This document shows, piece after piece, positions 22,431-34,687 of a stretch of 64,000 nucleotides of DNA. The position numbers were made by a program, and so were the translations under genes. Source of the stretch: Hypanus sabinus (lineage: Eukaryota); the NCBI RefSeq assembly GCF_030144855.1, contig NC_082720.1, positions 56,048,001-56,112,000 of the forward strand, written 5' to 3'. The notes beneath the pieces were generated by a model that did no database searches, was not told the origin of the DNA, and saw nothing but the letters and a program-made list of their open reading frames with translations. Every line of letters begins with the position of its first letter. Positions within the stretch are counted from its first letter, which is position 1.

Positions 22431-24818
22431 ATGGCGTCCAAATCCATATTAAGCATCACTGTAATTGCACACAGTTTTATCGTCTGTGTCCCGGATCAAA
22501 TTCCTGGGCAATTTCGTTATTCTATTCCCGAGGAAATGGTCGAAGGGACAATTGTTGGGAATATCGCTCAAGATTTGGGATTGGATGTACCGCTTTTGTC
22601 AGCTCGTAAATTTCGTCTCAGCTCTAATGACGGAGAACGGTACATGAAGGTTAGTTTGGATAATGGGCTTTTATCTATTTGTGAAAGAATCGACAGGGAA
22701 CGTATTTGTGGGCAAATAGAGTTGTGTACTATACCTTTGGAAATAATGCTGGAAAATCCATTAGAGGTGTATCGCGGCGAAGTGGAGATTCTTGACGTAA
22801 ATGACAATTCTCCTACATTTCGGGACACACATTTTGCCTTACAAATGTCTGAAGCCATTCCACCGGGGGTACGTTATCGACTCAACAGCGCGGAAGACGC
22901 TGATACTGGAATGAATACTATCGCTAATTATACAATCAGTTCGAGAGAGTACTTCAGTCTGAAAACACGGAGAACCGAGGAGGGTATTATAATTGCTGAG
23001 TTGCTGTTAGAGAAACTTTTGGATCGAGAGCTCCAATCATCCTTTCAGCTGGTGCTTACTGCAGTGGATGGTGGGAATCCTCAGAGAACCGGAACAGCTC
23101 AGATTCTCATTACTGTACTGGACATTAATGACAATCCACCTGTATTCGAGCATGATGTTTACAGGGGCACTATTACTGAAAACACACCACAAGATACCGT
23201 TGTGTTAACAGTTAAAGCAAACGATTTGGACGAAGGGCTGAATGCAGAGCTAACATATTCTTTCAGTGATGTTATTACTTTGCGAAGAATGCGTGATTTG
23301 TTTTCCTTGGACCCAAAAACTGGAGAAATTCGAGTCAAAAGGCCGCTAGATTTTGAAAAATCAAACAGCTATTCACTCGATATTCAAGCTGTTGATCACG
23401 GGTCGCCTGCGATTACGGGACAATCGAAAGTGCTGATTAAGGTAACCGACGTGAATGACAACGCACCCGAGATAAAAGTGAAGTCAGCCACAATCCAAAT
23501 CCCGGAAAATGCTACGCCCGGAAATTTAATCACCTTGATTGATGTCATCGATCGTGATTCTGGAGAGAATGGTCAAGTGCGCTGCGAAATAGCACAGAAC
23601 GTCCCGTTTATGCTACAAAGATCGTCCAATCATTATAAATTAATTACAAGTGGAACGTTGGACCGTGAAACTGTGTCTAATTATAAAATACTTATTTCAG
23701 CCTGGGATTTGGGGTCACCGTCTCTGTCAACAAATGTAACCATCCATATCATAATTACAGATATAAATGATAATGCCCCACGCTTTGCTGAATTGCCCTA
23801 CAACTTTTACGTGACTGAGAATAACTCTCCTGGCGCTTCTCTCTTTGCAGTAACGGCTTTAGATCCTGATCTGGAGCAGAATTCCTATGTTTCTTATTCC
23901 ATTCTGGACAATTACATTCAAAACTTTCCAGTGTCCACGTACCTGAACATTAACTCTATGAACGGCACCATTTACGCTCTGCGCTCTTTTGACTATGAGG
24001 AACTGAAAAGTTTTCAGATCCATGTTCAAGCCCGTGACGCTGGAGTGCCACCGTTGAGCAGCAGCGCTACTGTGAATGTCATCATCCTGGATCAAAATGA
24101 CAACGCGCCAGTGATCGTTTCACCTTCAGAAAATGGTGGATCATCAGCCGTGGAAACCCTGCCCCAGTCAGCGGCTCAGGGGTACTTGGTCACCAAGATA
24201 ATGGCCACTGATGCAGATTCCGGTCAGAACGGGCGATTATTTTACCAAATGGTGAAAGCTACTGATCCCAGTTTGTTTATTATTGATCAAACGTCTGGTG
24301 ACATCAGAACAACGCGTAAAATCTTGGAGGCGGATCTCAACACGCAAACGTTGACAATTTTGGTGAAGGACAATGGGCAGCCTAGCTTATCTAGTACAGT
24401 TACCTTTCACATCACAATTCTGCAGAATAGCACCGAAACTCCCACAAAAAACAGCAATTTAGTGAGAAATTCAGAATCTTTTTCCGATCTAAATCATTAT
24501 TTATTGGTTATTTTCAGTTGCACTTCCATTGTCTTCCTTCTGCTTATCATTGTGCTTATCGGGATCAAATGTAAACAGGAGAGAAGTAACCCCCAAGAGT
24601 GTACATCGCCCAGTTATTTTTACAAACGTGGGGAGATGCAGGACACTTTTAGTCGAAGATCTGCAATGGAGGAAACTTTTCGCTATCCTGGTACGGACCA
24701 GGTCGTCCGCATGCCAGGACTGCCTCAGTACTCGGTCTGCCTGTCTCTAGAATCAGCGAAAAGCGACTTCCTTTTCTTGAAGCCGTGCGGCCCTGTCATC
24801 TCTCAAGCCCAATGCTAA
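22431..24818 (+). CDS. Clustered protocadherin, variable-exon type (PcdhB), 795 aa
   Basis: QFRYSIPEE, six cadherin repeats with Ca-binding motifs, TM, and YSVCLSLESAKSDFLFLKP tail. Confidence 0.96.
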   Translation: MASKSILSITVIAHSFIVCVPDQIPGQFRYSIPEEMVEGTIVGNIAQDLGLDVPLLSARKFRLSSNDGERYMKVSLDNGLLSICERIDRERICGQIELCTIPLEIMLENPLEVYRGEVEILDVNDNSPTFRDTHFALQMSEAIPPGVRYRLNSAEDADTGMNTIANYTISSREYFSLKTRRTEEGIIIAELLLEKLLDRELQSSFQLVLTAVDGGNPQRTGTAQILITVLDINDNPPVFEHDVYRGTITENTPQDTVVLTVKANDLDEGLNAELTYSFSDVITLRRMRDLFSLDPKTGEIRVKRPLDFEKSNSYSLDIQAVDHGSPAITGQSKVLIKVTDVNDNAPEIKVKSATIQIPENATPGNLITLIDVIDRDSGENGQVRCEIAQNVPFMLQRSSNHYKLITSGTLDRETVSNYKILISAWDLGSPSLSTNVTIHIIITDINDNAPRFAELPYNFYVTENNSPGASLFAVTALDPDLEQNSYVSYSILDNYIQNFPVSTYLNINSMNGTIYALRSFDYEELKSFQIHVQARDAGVPPLSSSATVNVIILDQNDNAPVIVSPSENGGSSAVETLPQSAAQGYLVTKIMATDADSGQNGRLFYQMVKATDPSLFIIDQTSGDIRTTRKILEADLNTQTLTILVKDNGQPSLSSTVTFHITILQNSTETPTKNSNLVRNSESFSDLNHYLLVIFSCTSIVFLLLIIVLIGIKCKQERSNPQECTSPSYFYKRGEMQDTFSRRSAMEETFRYPGTDQVVRMPGLPQYSVCLSLESAKSDFLFLKPCGPVISQAQC

Positions 24819-25249
24819 TTTACGGAGAACTACAACATAAACGTATGCTTATTTTATGTGTGCTTACTTTTGTTTATATTCTGAGATGTAGGATACTATG
24901 GTAAAGTATTTTAGACCATATATCTTTTCAGCAACTTATTTTGTAATTTTCTGTTGCCAAAGAATATAGTTGTCATAATGGTCAACGATAAATTTACATC
25001 AACCTGTATCCACCCGTCTGAGCGTGGCATCTGTTACCTTTGGAGAATCTGAAAGCAGCTCTCTTACGTACTTCTGCACCCAACATCAACTGCGTATTTT
25101 TAATCCTGTCGAAGTCCGCAAAGCAGGCCCTTCTTCCACCTTTCTCCCTTGACCCCATCCAAAGATCTGCTTCGCAGGGAGAAGTGATTTGTATACAACA
25201 TTTCTATTCTAATCCTGAAGCATATTAATTTGGATAAATCCCCGTGACT

Positions 25250-26200
25250 TGAACCAGCTTTTCTTGGGATATTTTGGGAAGCTAGAGAGGACATCGCAAA
25301 GGCCTGGCAGAGACATATCCGCAGTTTATTTTTGTCAAGTTTGAGGTAGATATTATTGGCAGAAAGTTTAACAAGGGCTTCGACTTGTATCTGTACAGTG
25401 GTTTAGACTGAATGAATAAGTCACATGGGATCCAAGACGAGTTAAACAGCTGGATAAAGAAATGACTAGAGGAATGATTCAGAGAGTGCTTGCGGAGGGT
25501 TGTAATTTATGTTGATGGCCTGTGGTTAATGGGAAGTCAAATGTATCAGTGCTGAATTCATCCTTATTTGTTATTTCTATGTACTGTTTGCACGAATATA
25601 ATTCTTACTCGGTTAGTATGTTTCTGGAAAATATCAGAAAAGTGAATGCGCTAGAGAGAGAGAAGAATATTATCTAAGCTAAATTCAACGTCTGCTAGAT
25701 AACTGTAAAAGTGGTCTAAGAAAGTTAGATAAAATATAAGTTAGGTAAGTGCGACCTGTTGCAATTTGTTCCATTAAACCAGGAAGTGTGTGCACATTAA
25801 TTCCTGCAAATCTGAAGGGCATCATAGAACAGAAAGCTAAAGGCGCAGATATATCGTTGCCTGAAAGTAAAGACAGCGGTACACAGTTTGGGGGAGAAAT
25901 TATTTAGTCTATTTACTTTCATAAGCCACTATTTAGATTACTGATTCCGTACTTTATGTTGCAACTCTGCGGTTCGTTGGTGAGTTCTACACTTACAATA
26001 TGGTGTGCCGTTTATGTTGGCCCACGAACGGAAAGATATCAATAGCTGGTAATGGTAGAGAAATATTTCGCAAGGTGCTACCAGTACTGGAGGGCTTACT
26101 CTATAAGGACTGGCTGGATAGGGTGAACTTGTTTTAACCAGTAAGATAGGAGACGGAGCATTGACCTTATGACGGAGTATAAAATCAAACTAAGACAAAT
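25250..26200 (+). mobile_element. Old, highly degenerate CR1 LINE fragment (paralog ~58800-59760)
   Basis: Recognisable CR1 RT-like nucleotide segments (tcacatgggatccaag, attcagagagtgctt, ccagtactggagggctt); no ORF. Confidence 0.45.
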
Positions 26201-27434
26201 AAGGGTTGATTTGATTGACATGTTGGGCGGCATTGACATGTTCAGCCAAAGAGCTGACCTTCGAGTTGTATTACTCCCAGACTCTAATACAAAGAATTGG
26301 TCATCGCAATGTGTTTTTTTTCTGCATTGGTGAACCAAAAGCAGATTGGGTGATTGATTGCAGCGCACAGGCGCTTAAACATGCATCCGGTAGTTTACCC
26401 GTTGATTCGATGTTTCATTAACACGTTGACCTTTCTGAATCTGGCTTCCCGCATTGTTTCAAAGAGGCAAAGGCAAGACAGCAAGACTGAAGGGTAACAC
26501 TTCACCTTCCAGTTGGGAATGTTTCAAAATTTAATTTTGAATTAATTTTGTTGTTTCTTTCTAACTGTCTGAATCAAAGCTGATCTAACGGTCTACCGCC
26601 TGCACACAGGCCTTAATGCTTCTAGATACTAATTCCACCTGCGTGTATTAACTTCATATTTCTCTAAACTTATACCATAAGTTTAGTGACATGTACAATG
26701 ACGCTTGAACATATCCTGCCTCCACCGCCCCCTCTCGCAGCCTATTTCCATTACCAATTACAATTGTGTGAAATTGTTCCTCCCAATTCCCCTTCAATTT
26801 TCTGAATAATTATAAAACCATAATGCTAAAATGTGTAAACTTGGAATACAAAACCAAGGTAATTTAAAACATTGAAATTTATTATCTAGGATACAAACAT
26901 AATGCAAAATGTTTACATTTCACAAACTTGATGTGGTTGCAAATTGAACTGGAGCTTGGTCAAAATGACCTGGACGTTTGTGAGTGTGCGTTTATTAATG
27001 GTGATCTTGTTTCTTAGCAGAAAGGATTTTGCTAAGTAAAATACCAGAAATAATGATAAAATATGGTTCATTCCGAGAGCGGGGAGCATCTGAATATTTT
27101 ATCTGCTTTAGACTTGTGCGCAACTATTTAATAAAAATCACATTCTACATTTTCAAAGCAGTGTGTTTTTCGCTTTGATAACTGAATACAGCCCCAATAT
27201 CTGCTTAAACATCTTCAAATCTTCAAATAATTTAAACGTTTATTCTGTTATTACTACGCTCACTTTTGAATACTCAATATATAATTTGATTTTCGTCGCT
27301 CACGTGAGAATCAAAGCCCTTGCGTTCAACAATTTAACTGTTTGTTACGCCAAATAAATTATGGAAGGTTGTTAGAGCTACGGCAATTCTTCGGATTTGA
27401 AGTGGCGTACCAAAACGCACGCATTTAATGCTAG

Positions 27435-27750
27435 AGGAATAGATAGAGTGGACAGCCAGCGCCTCTTCCTAAGAGCATCACTGCTCAACACAAGAGGACA
27501 TGTCTTTATAGTAAAGGGTGTGAAGTTCAAAGGGGATATTAAAGGAAGTTTTTTTACTTAGAGTTGTTGGTGTGTGCAATGTACTGCCTGATTCTGTGGT
27601 GGAGTCAGATACACTAGTGAAATTTAAGAGACTACTACACAGGTATATGGAGGAATTTAAGGAGGGGCGTTATATGGGATTCAGGGTTTCAGGATCGGCG
27701 CAGCATTGTGAACCGAAGGTCCTGTACTGTGCTGTATTATTCTATGTTCT
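27435..27750 (+). mobile_element. CR1 3'-end fragment (paralog ~60985-61300)
   Basis: Translates NVLPDSVVESDTLVKFKRLLHRYM; same family as the tail at 34690-35000. Confidence 0.75.
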
Positions 27751-27851
27751 AGGATATAAATTTCCTGTTTTGGGGATTGTATGTGTCTGAGGAAATTATC
27801 ACATCAACATGTACAATGAACACTTGGAAAATATTGACTATATATAGCATG

Positions 27852-30800
27852 ATATTTTATTATTATTTTTTATTGAACACAAACAACAACAGAAACACTA
27901 GACAAATGCTAACAAAGACAAGGCATAATCAGCAACAAATATATAACTATTAACTTTAAATATACAATAAACAAGAAAATCCACTCTAAATACTGTTGGA
28001 CAGAAGGAACTATAACTAAAAGGAGCCACAAAACAGAAACATTTACAGAAATAACCCGAAATGTTGACAAATTTGTACAGTCTTCTCAGCTTTCTGGTTG
28101 CGGGCAGTTTTCAGAGTATTATCGTATAGTTTGAAGTCTGACCTAAAACATATAAATGAAAGTTTCTTATTGCTCTATTTGCATTTATGGATATAAAATT
28201 TGCAGTAACTTAACAAAAGATTTATGGTAAAGAAATGATACCTATGAGATTTGGTATTATTAGTAAACCCAAACAAGACATATACAAAGCAAAAAGAAAA
28301 ATCAACATTAATATATTGATTTATAAATTGACAAGCATCAACCCAAAATGTTTAACACATTCGCAATCCCAAAACAGATGAAATAAATCCTCTGGATGTA
28401 AACCACAAAAAGAACAGTTAGTTTCAATATCAGAATTAAACCTTGTCAAATAAACATTGGTTGGATAATATATATCTATAATTTTAAATGGAATTCTTTA
28501 ATGTCATTCCTCAATAAAAAATTATTAACTAAGACGTACATGTCCTCCACCTCAGATTCCTCAAGCGACTATTTTAAAAACTAACTGCCGTAGGAATAGA
28601 AGTAATGACTTTTTGAATCAAACTTCTAATACTGTTATTTTTTTAAAGGACAGAGGAAAACAAATCTTTCCTACAGCTGTACTGGATGGATATAAATTGG
28701 GTAATTCAACTACCAAATATGATGTCTTGCTAAACAACATAATTACACCAGAGGGAACTGCACTCAGAACAACAGCAAATTCTTTTGGAGTCACTGGAAA
28801 TTCAATGGTGGATTAAAACTCAGTATAACTCAATAAAGTACCACTTGAATTAAATAACTATTTAACTAACAAAATATTGTTATTATCAAACCAATCTTTA
28901 CAAAACAAATATTCATTCTTATAGGTTACGTTGTGGTTATTCCAAACAAAATAACTATGAGCAGAAAAATTGTGTTTGTAAATCAAAGACCAGAATAAAA
29001 GCTTCTAGTTATGAAACGGAGGTAAATGGAGAGGAACTTTGTCTGTTTTGTAATTACATAAAAGAAAAAAAAACAATCCACCAACCCGGGAAAACATAAA
29101 AGAAGGAATGCAATTTAATATAGAAGAAGGATTACTTAAAATTGTTTAATCCAATTAACATTAAAAGTATTATTACGACTGTCAAAATCAAGAAAATTTA
29201 GTCACCCTTGTCATAACTATCCATGACAACAGTTTTGTTTTATATAATGAACTTTGTTTTTGCATAAAATGTTAAACAGCATGGTGTCTATCAATTTACA
29301 GATTTTTATCAACGTATAATGGGAGAGTTTTATATATATATATATATATAATCCTAGAAAGACCTTCTACTTTACAAAGCAAAACCGGGCCTTTCAAAAA
29401 TAAGTCTCTTCGAAGCCACTGGTTTAATCTTTGTTTGGTTTTGTTTATAAGAGGTTGAAAATGATCCACTCACCTTAAATACTCGTTATTAAAAATAGTT
29501 ATCCCCAAATATGTAACTTTGTCTTTATGTGAATATTATTAATTATAGATTGATTGCGATCTTGAAGAGGAAGCAATTCACATTTGTGAATAGTTGAACA
29601 GAGTCCTGAAGCTTTGGAAAATAAAGCAGAAATACAGTTTATAGCCAATTAAATTTAGAAACATCATTTTAAAAAGAGTCTTATCATCTGCAACTTGAAT
29701 AATCAGAAAATTGGAATTTGCACAGGAAATGCCTTTAAGAGGACTAGACTTGATGGAATAGGTGAGCAGCTAAGCACATAAAAGGAATAAATAAGGTGCG
29801 ATAGGACAACCTGGTCTCACCCCACTATTCATATCAAACCACAGTGAAGTCCCCAACTTCAGCTTTAAAGAACTATTAGAGTTTGTGTACGAAGCCTTAA
29901 CAGCCTTACAAAATAATGGACCAATTCCAAATTTACCAAGAGCAGTGAAGATAAACTGATGCTCAACAATATCAAAAGCTTCATAGAAATTTAAAAAAAC
30001 AGTATAAAACTGTCGTTTTGAAAAAGATGAGAATAATCAATAAGTTCTAAAACTTATCTGACATTATTAGAGATATGACGAACCTTCATGAAACCTGACT
30101 GTGTTTCATCAATAATAAATGGTAAAACTACTTTCATTGTTAGCAATGATTTGGGGCAGAATTTTATACTCACTATTGACAACGCAAATAGGACGTCAAT
30201 TATCGATAAATAATTTATCTTTTCTTTGTTTAGGAATTATAGTAATAAGACCCTTTATTAAGGAAATATGAAGAAAGTCTTTATGAATACATTAAAATTT
30301 TTTTTTTTTTAAAAGCGTGCTAGAGTGTCAGAAAACATCTTATAAAATTCTGCAGTCAGACCGTCCACACCCGGCGACTTATTATTTTTCCCAAGGTAAT
30401 AAGAGCATTACACAGGTTTTTCTGATCATTGGACAGGTTCCTAAAAATATTAACATCATTCATGAAATGTAATGTAGATGCTACACAATATTTTGAGCTA
30501 TACAGTTTACTGTAACATGCAGAAAAATATCTTGCTATTTTTTAGTGTCCTCTGCAGTCACACCGTCAATATTAAGATGATGAACGGAATTGAGTTGGGC
30601 ACGCTGCTTTTCTAATCGAAAGAAGTAAGCTGTACTCTGTTCACCCTCTTGTAATCGTTGTTTTCTAGATTTCACAAATGCACCTTCTCCCTGTATAAGT
30701 TAAAGATGGTTTAACTTATCCTTTAACAAAGCCAGCTCCTCTTTATCTTTCCCTGAATAGTTATCAGGAAACAATTCGAATGATGTTGCCACCTTTAAGA

Positions 30801-32741
30801 TCAATGATTGTTCTCCAATTTTATTTTCTTTGCTGCACCACTACTGTATTTCCTAAAGAGTTTGGCATATTCAAATTTAAAAAGTTCCCAATTTGAAGAG
30901 AAATTATCTTCTACCAGCGCTTTATGTAAATAGTAGGTTGTCAGCTTTATAATGTGGGAAGGAACAACTTCAAGCCCCAAAATGGAATTATATAATTTCC
31001 AATAAAATTTAAAATCGGATCCAGTTAAAGATAATGCAATATGTATATGGACAGCTTTATGATCTGTTAAAGGTTAGGGAAATATTAAAAGCGACATTAT
31101 TATTTCTTAAGCCATCGGATTATAACCAGTAATCTAGCCTAGAAATGCATGTAATAGATTTATTAGTCCACGTCTAATTTTTAACTCCAGTAAAGTGTTC
31201 TCTCCAAATAGCTATGATATTAAACGTCTGAATAAAGCTAGTAAAGTTATTATAATTACAGTGTTCCCTTGGTGGCCATTGATCAATATTTCCATCTAAC
31301 ACCATATTAAAGTTTCCTCCCATAACATTAAATATATCAGGACATTTACAGAGCCAATAATAGAAACGTTTTCCAAAACGTCAAGCAATCTATTATCATC
31401 ATTTTTAATTTTATAACCATAAATATTAGCAATAAGAAACATTTTACCACAATATTGAACAATAAGAACCAAAATGTATCCATTCGTATCCGCCTCAGAG
31501 AGCAAAACATCTCCTTTAAAGTTCAACATTCGAATAAGAACACCTGCAGAATGTTCAGAACCATGTGAAAACCAAACTTCGTTCCCCCACTGGGATTTTC
31601 ATAGTTTAATGTCTTCAGTTACAGAGTGTGACTCTTAGATTAAAAAGAAGTCCTCATGTTTATGTGGCTTTAATATCAAGAATAAAGCCTTACGTTTAAC
31701 AGTGGCTTCAAGTCCCCGTCATTAAGAGAAAATGGTGAATAAGACAATCTTATGGGAGACTATATATATAGAATTCGGCGATCCTCAGGCTCAGCGAGAG
31801 CAGTTATTCATTTTTTCTGACTTATTTCCATACCAGATCCCTCGTGGATCTGTTTGAAAATCGAATTATGTTCACCTGAGGCTTCTTACCTCCTCTTATC
31901 CAACCGTGATGATGTACAGCATGCACGTGTAGCAGAATTTTCTCCTTGGCCTCAGGAGCTACTCTTGGCATATTTGAGTTAACTTATTTTAAATATTTTC
32001 ATTCGTATGCTCTGGAATGCCGTGGATTCTGAGATTCCACCTTCCCTGATAACGCTCGGCATCATTCAGCCTCAACTCAAAAGTCTCAATTCTCTTTTCG
32101 TGGTCCGTGCAAGTCCCTTCAATGTGCAGAACATCAGACTTCAAGGTATTGCCCTCATCAGAAATAAAGACAAGAGATTTCTTAATGTCATCAATACTAT
32201 TTTTATTGTTGTCAATTCTCAACGCCAAATCATCGGATCTACCGTTAATTAATTGCACTATAGTTTGTACAGTGACCTCTGCTTTCTTCTTTTTAACAGC
32301 AGGCTTCAGGTCGAGGACTGACTCAGGTAAAGGCTCCAGGTCGAACTTCGGATTTTGAAGCCGGCAATAACTGTGCTCCCATTCCGAAGCAGCAGCACTG
32401 GACTTTTCCAAAGGCAGTCCAAACTCCATATCTTCAGAAAAGGACGGCACCTTGTTTTTTTCCAGCTATTTTTTCGCTTACTTTCTTTGCTCTTGGGTTC
32501 TTTGAAGGTATTAAAACTTTCCAGAGCATGTGGTTTCTTCCACCATGGGACAATAATAAAATAAACACAAAATGTATCTTCCAAAGCCAAAGAAAACTTC
32601 AAAACTAGTAAATGATCGAGCATTGAGCGACACTGGACCGGGATTGTGACATATCTTTAAAAAATTGAGATGAAAATCAACACACTATCTGAAGCATAAA
32701 AACTAGCGACTTCACCGGGCGGCATCTTGCGCGTCATCCCC
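27852..32741 (-). mobile_element. Older L1/Tx1-clade LINE, near full length, predating the duplication
   Basis: TSD ATATATAGCATG at 27840-27851 and 32742-32753; A-rich tail; ORF1 (RLNDAERYQGRWNLRIHGIPE); ORF2 remnants (ANIYG; paralog shows QSGFMKGRHISNNVR, GVRPGCPIS). Confidence 0.88.
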
Positions 32742-33104
32742 ATATATAGCATGCTGAAATAATTATACTTTTCGGATTTGGACGCAGTATGGCTTAGTCC
32801 ATTACTTATACTAGGAGAGTTGTAGCTTTCTCTGAATTCGCAACAAATGACAGAACAAAATCCAGGGTTTAAGAGAAAGGGGAATAATTAAGCAAATACT
32901 TGGTACGGCGAAATTAACTCAGAGATTTAGAAGTGCACCATGTGTCCAAGAACCGTAAAATGGAGGAGACGAGCGAGTATGTAATTCCTTGATTTGGTTC
33001 CTCATATCCAATCTGACGCACTAGAGAATATCGGCGGAGAACTCCACTGCAGTTCGGACAATGTCTATCTCCTCACCAAGCGAGGAAAACAGGCACCTTC
33101 TTCA

Positions 33105-33440
33105 ATATCACAAACAAGAGAAAATCTGTAGATGCTGGAAATCCAAGCAACACAAACAAAATGCTGGAGGAGCTCAGCAGGCCAGGTAATGCCTAACTAC
33201 CCTACTAAAGAACACCAGGTAGGGGGAGGTGTCTGAGATTTGGCGCTGGGCCTCAGCAGGATGGTGGTCGGTGTGCCAGGCTGCTGCAGCGCCACCCTTG
33301 ACCGCGGGATTGGTGGCAAGGTTAAGATTAGTTCTTCTTTCCTTTAGTCCTGCCGAAGGATTTCGGACCGAAATGTCGATTATGTTTTTACGTCCATAAC
33401 TGCTGCCTGGCCTGCTGCCTTCCTCCAAAATTTTGTGTGC
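33105..33440 (-). mobile_element. Penelope-like element remnant with inverted terminal segments
   Basis: aaaatgctggaggagctcagcaggccagg and its inverse cctggcctgctgccttcctccaaaatttt flank a segment encoding NPAVKGGAAAAWHTDHHPAEAQRQISDTSPY, similar to the PLE RT motif KPADKGGAVVV...YLAEAxRQLSD. Confidence 0.75.
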
Positions 33441-34319
33441 GACTCTCTTCAATATGTATTATTTTTTTAGGATCCTACTCTTGCAATGGGTTATCGCCTT
33501 TGCCCGAGTCCCTTCAAAATGGTGTACAAAGATACGAATTCTGTTTTTTTTTTGTCCGATACAGATATTTATTTAACAATCACCGTCCTATTACTATCGC
33601 CAATCCATCAAATAAAGAGTGTGAACTCTTTGGAATCTCGCTATATCAAGTTAGAAATTAGATGGGCGAATTTAAAGAAGAGGAGAACCGTAAACTCTTT
33701 AACCTTTAAATACACTTTAAATCTGGGTCTGAGAAACATTACTTTATCGGTTAGCAGCATGTGATTCTCGCTCGGGGCTCAGCGATTCTGTTTCATAAAG
33801 AAATCTCACTAGAAAAAATCTTGTGGAAAATTCGAAATGGCTTCAGTTGTCGGTGGTACCAATCATGCTATGGTCTTATACCCCCACATCAGAGAATTGA
33901 CAAGCAAATTCTCAAGAATATCCATTCAGTTTGGGTGAGACTAGAACTAGAATTCATGGGTTAAAGTTGAACGGTGGAACGTTGAAAGAAAATCTAGGGG
34001 GGACCTTCGTCACTCAAAGATTAGTGCGAGTATGGAATGAGCTGCTAGTGGAAATGTATCAGGTCTCGAAAGAGCAATTTGGTTAGGTACCTAGTTGTGA
34101 GGTGTATAGGGGATTATGATCCAGGTGCAGGTAGATGGGAGTAGGCAGAATAGTGTTGGGCACAGACTCGATGCGCCGAAGGTACCATTTCTGTGCTGAG
34201 ACGTCAAAATATCAAAGACGGGAAAGCATCTTCAAGAAAATGAAACCCCTTTCTTTGAAAAAGGATGCCATTCCTTCGTTATATAATGAAATGCCTCATT
34301 CCGAGAGTAGATGCGGTGG

Positions 34320-34585
34320 AGACTGAGAAATTGAAAAAGGAGGATGGCGTTTTCACAGGTTCCAGGGTTGGAAGCGGTATAGTCCAGATTGCTGTGGGAA
34401 TCCTCTGGGTTTATAGTAGAAACCAGTAGATAAGCTGCCTACAGAGATAGAGACAGTGACATCCAGAAAGGTGAGGGACCTGTCGAAAATAGACCAGGTA
34501 GATCGGAGGAAAGGGTGGAGGTTGGAAGCAAAATTGATGAAGTCGTAGACCTCAGCATGGGTTCAGGGAGCCGCACCAATGCATT
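34320..34585 (-). mobile_element. Penelope-like RT fragment
   Basis: Minus strand reads approximately DFINFASN...FLDVTVSISVGSLSTGFYYKP, typical of the PLE RT C-terminal region. Confidence 0.6.
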
Positions 34586-34687
34586 ACTCTCCCTTTTCTG
34601 CAGCTGTGATACTACTCTTGATTGGCAATGCAAGTATTTCTCCTTGTCTATCCCTGTCTGTCTCTTTCGAAGTATCTAAACCTCGCA

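Noticed and set aside
25040-25228. 62-aa ORF conserved in both units
   Set aside because: TTG start and no recognisable homology; explained by near-identical DNA downstream of B and B'.
26720-26742. CTCF-like motif (minus strand GCGAGAGGGGGCGG)
   Set aside because: Appears to lie in a decayed repeat tail and is not preserved in unit 2 (~60285).
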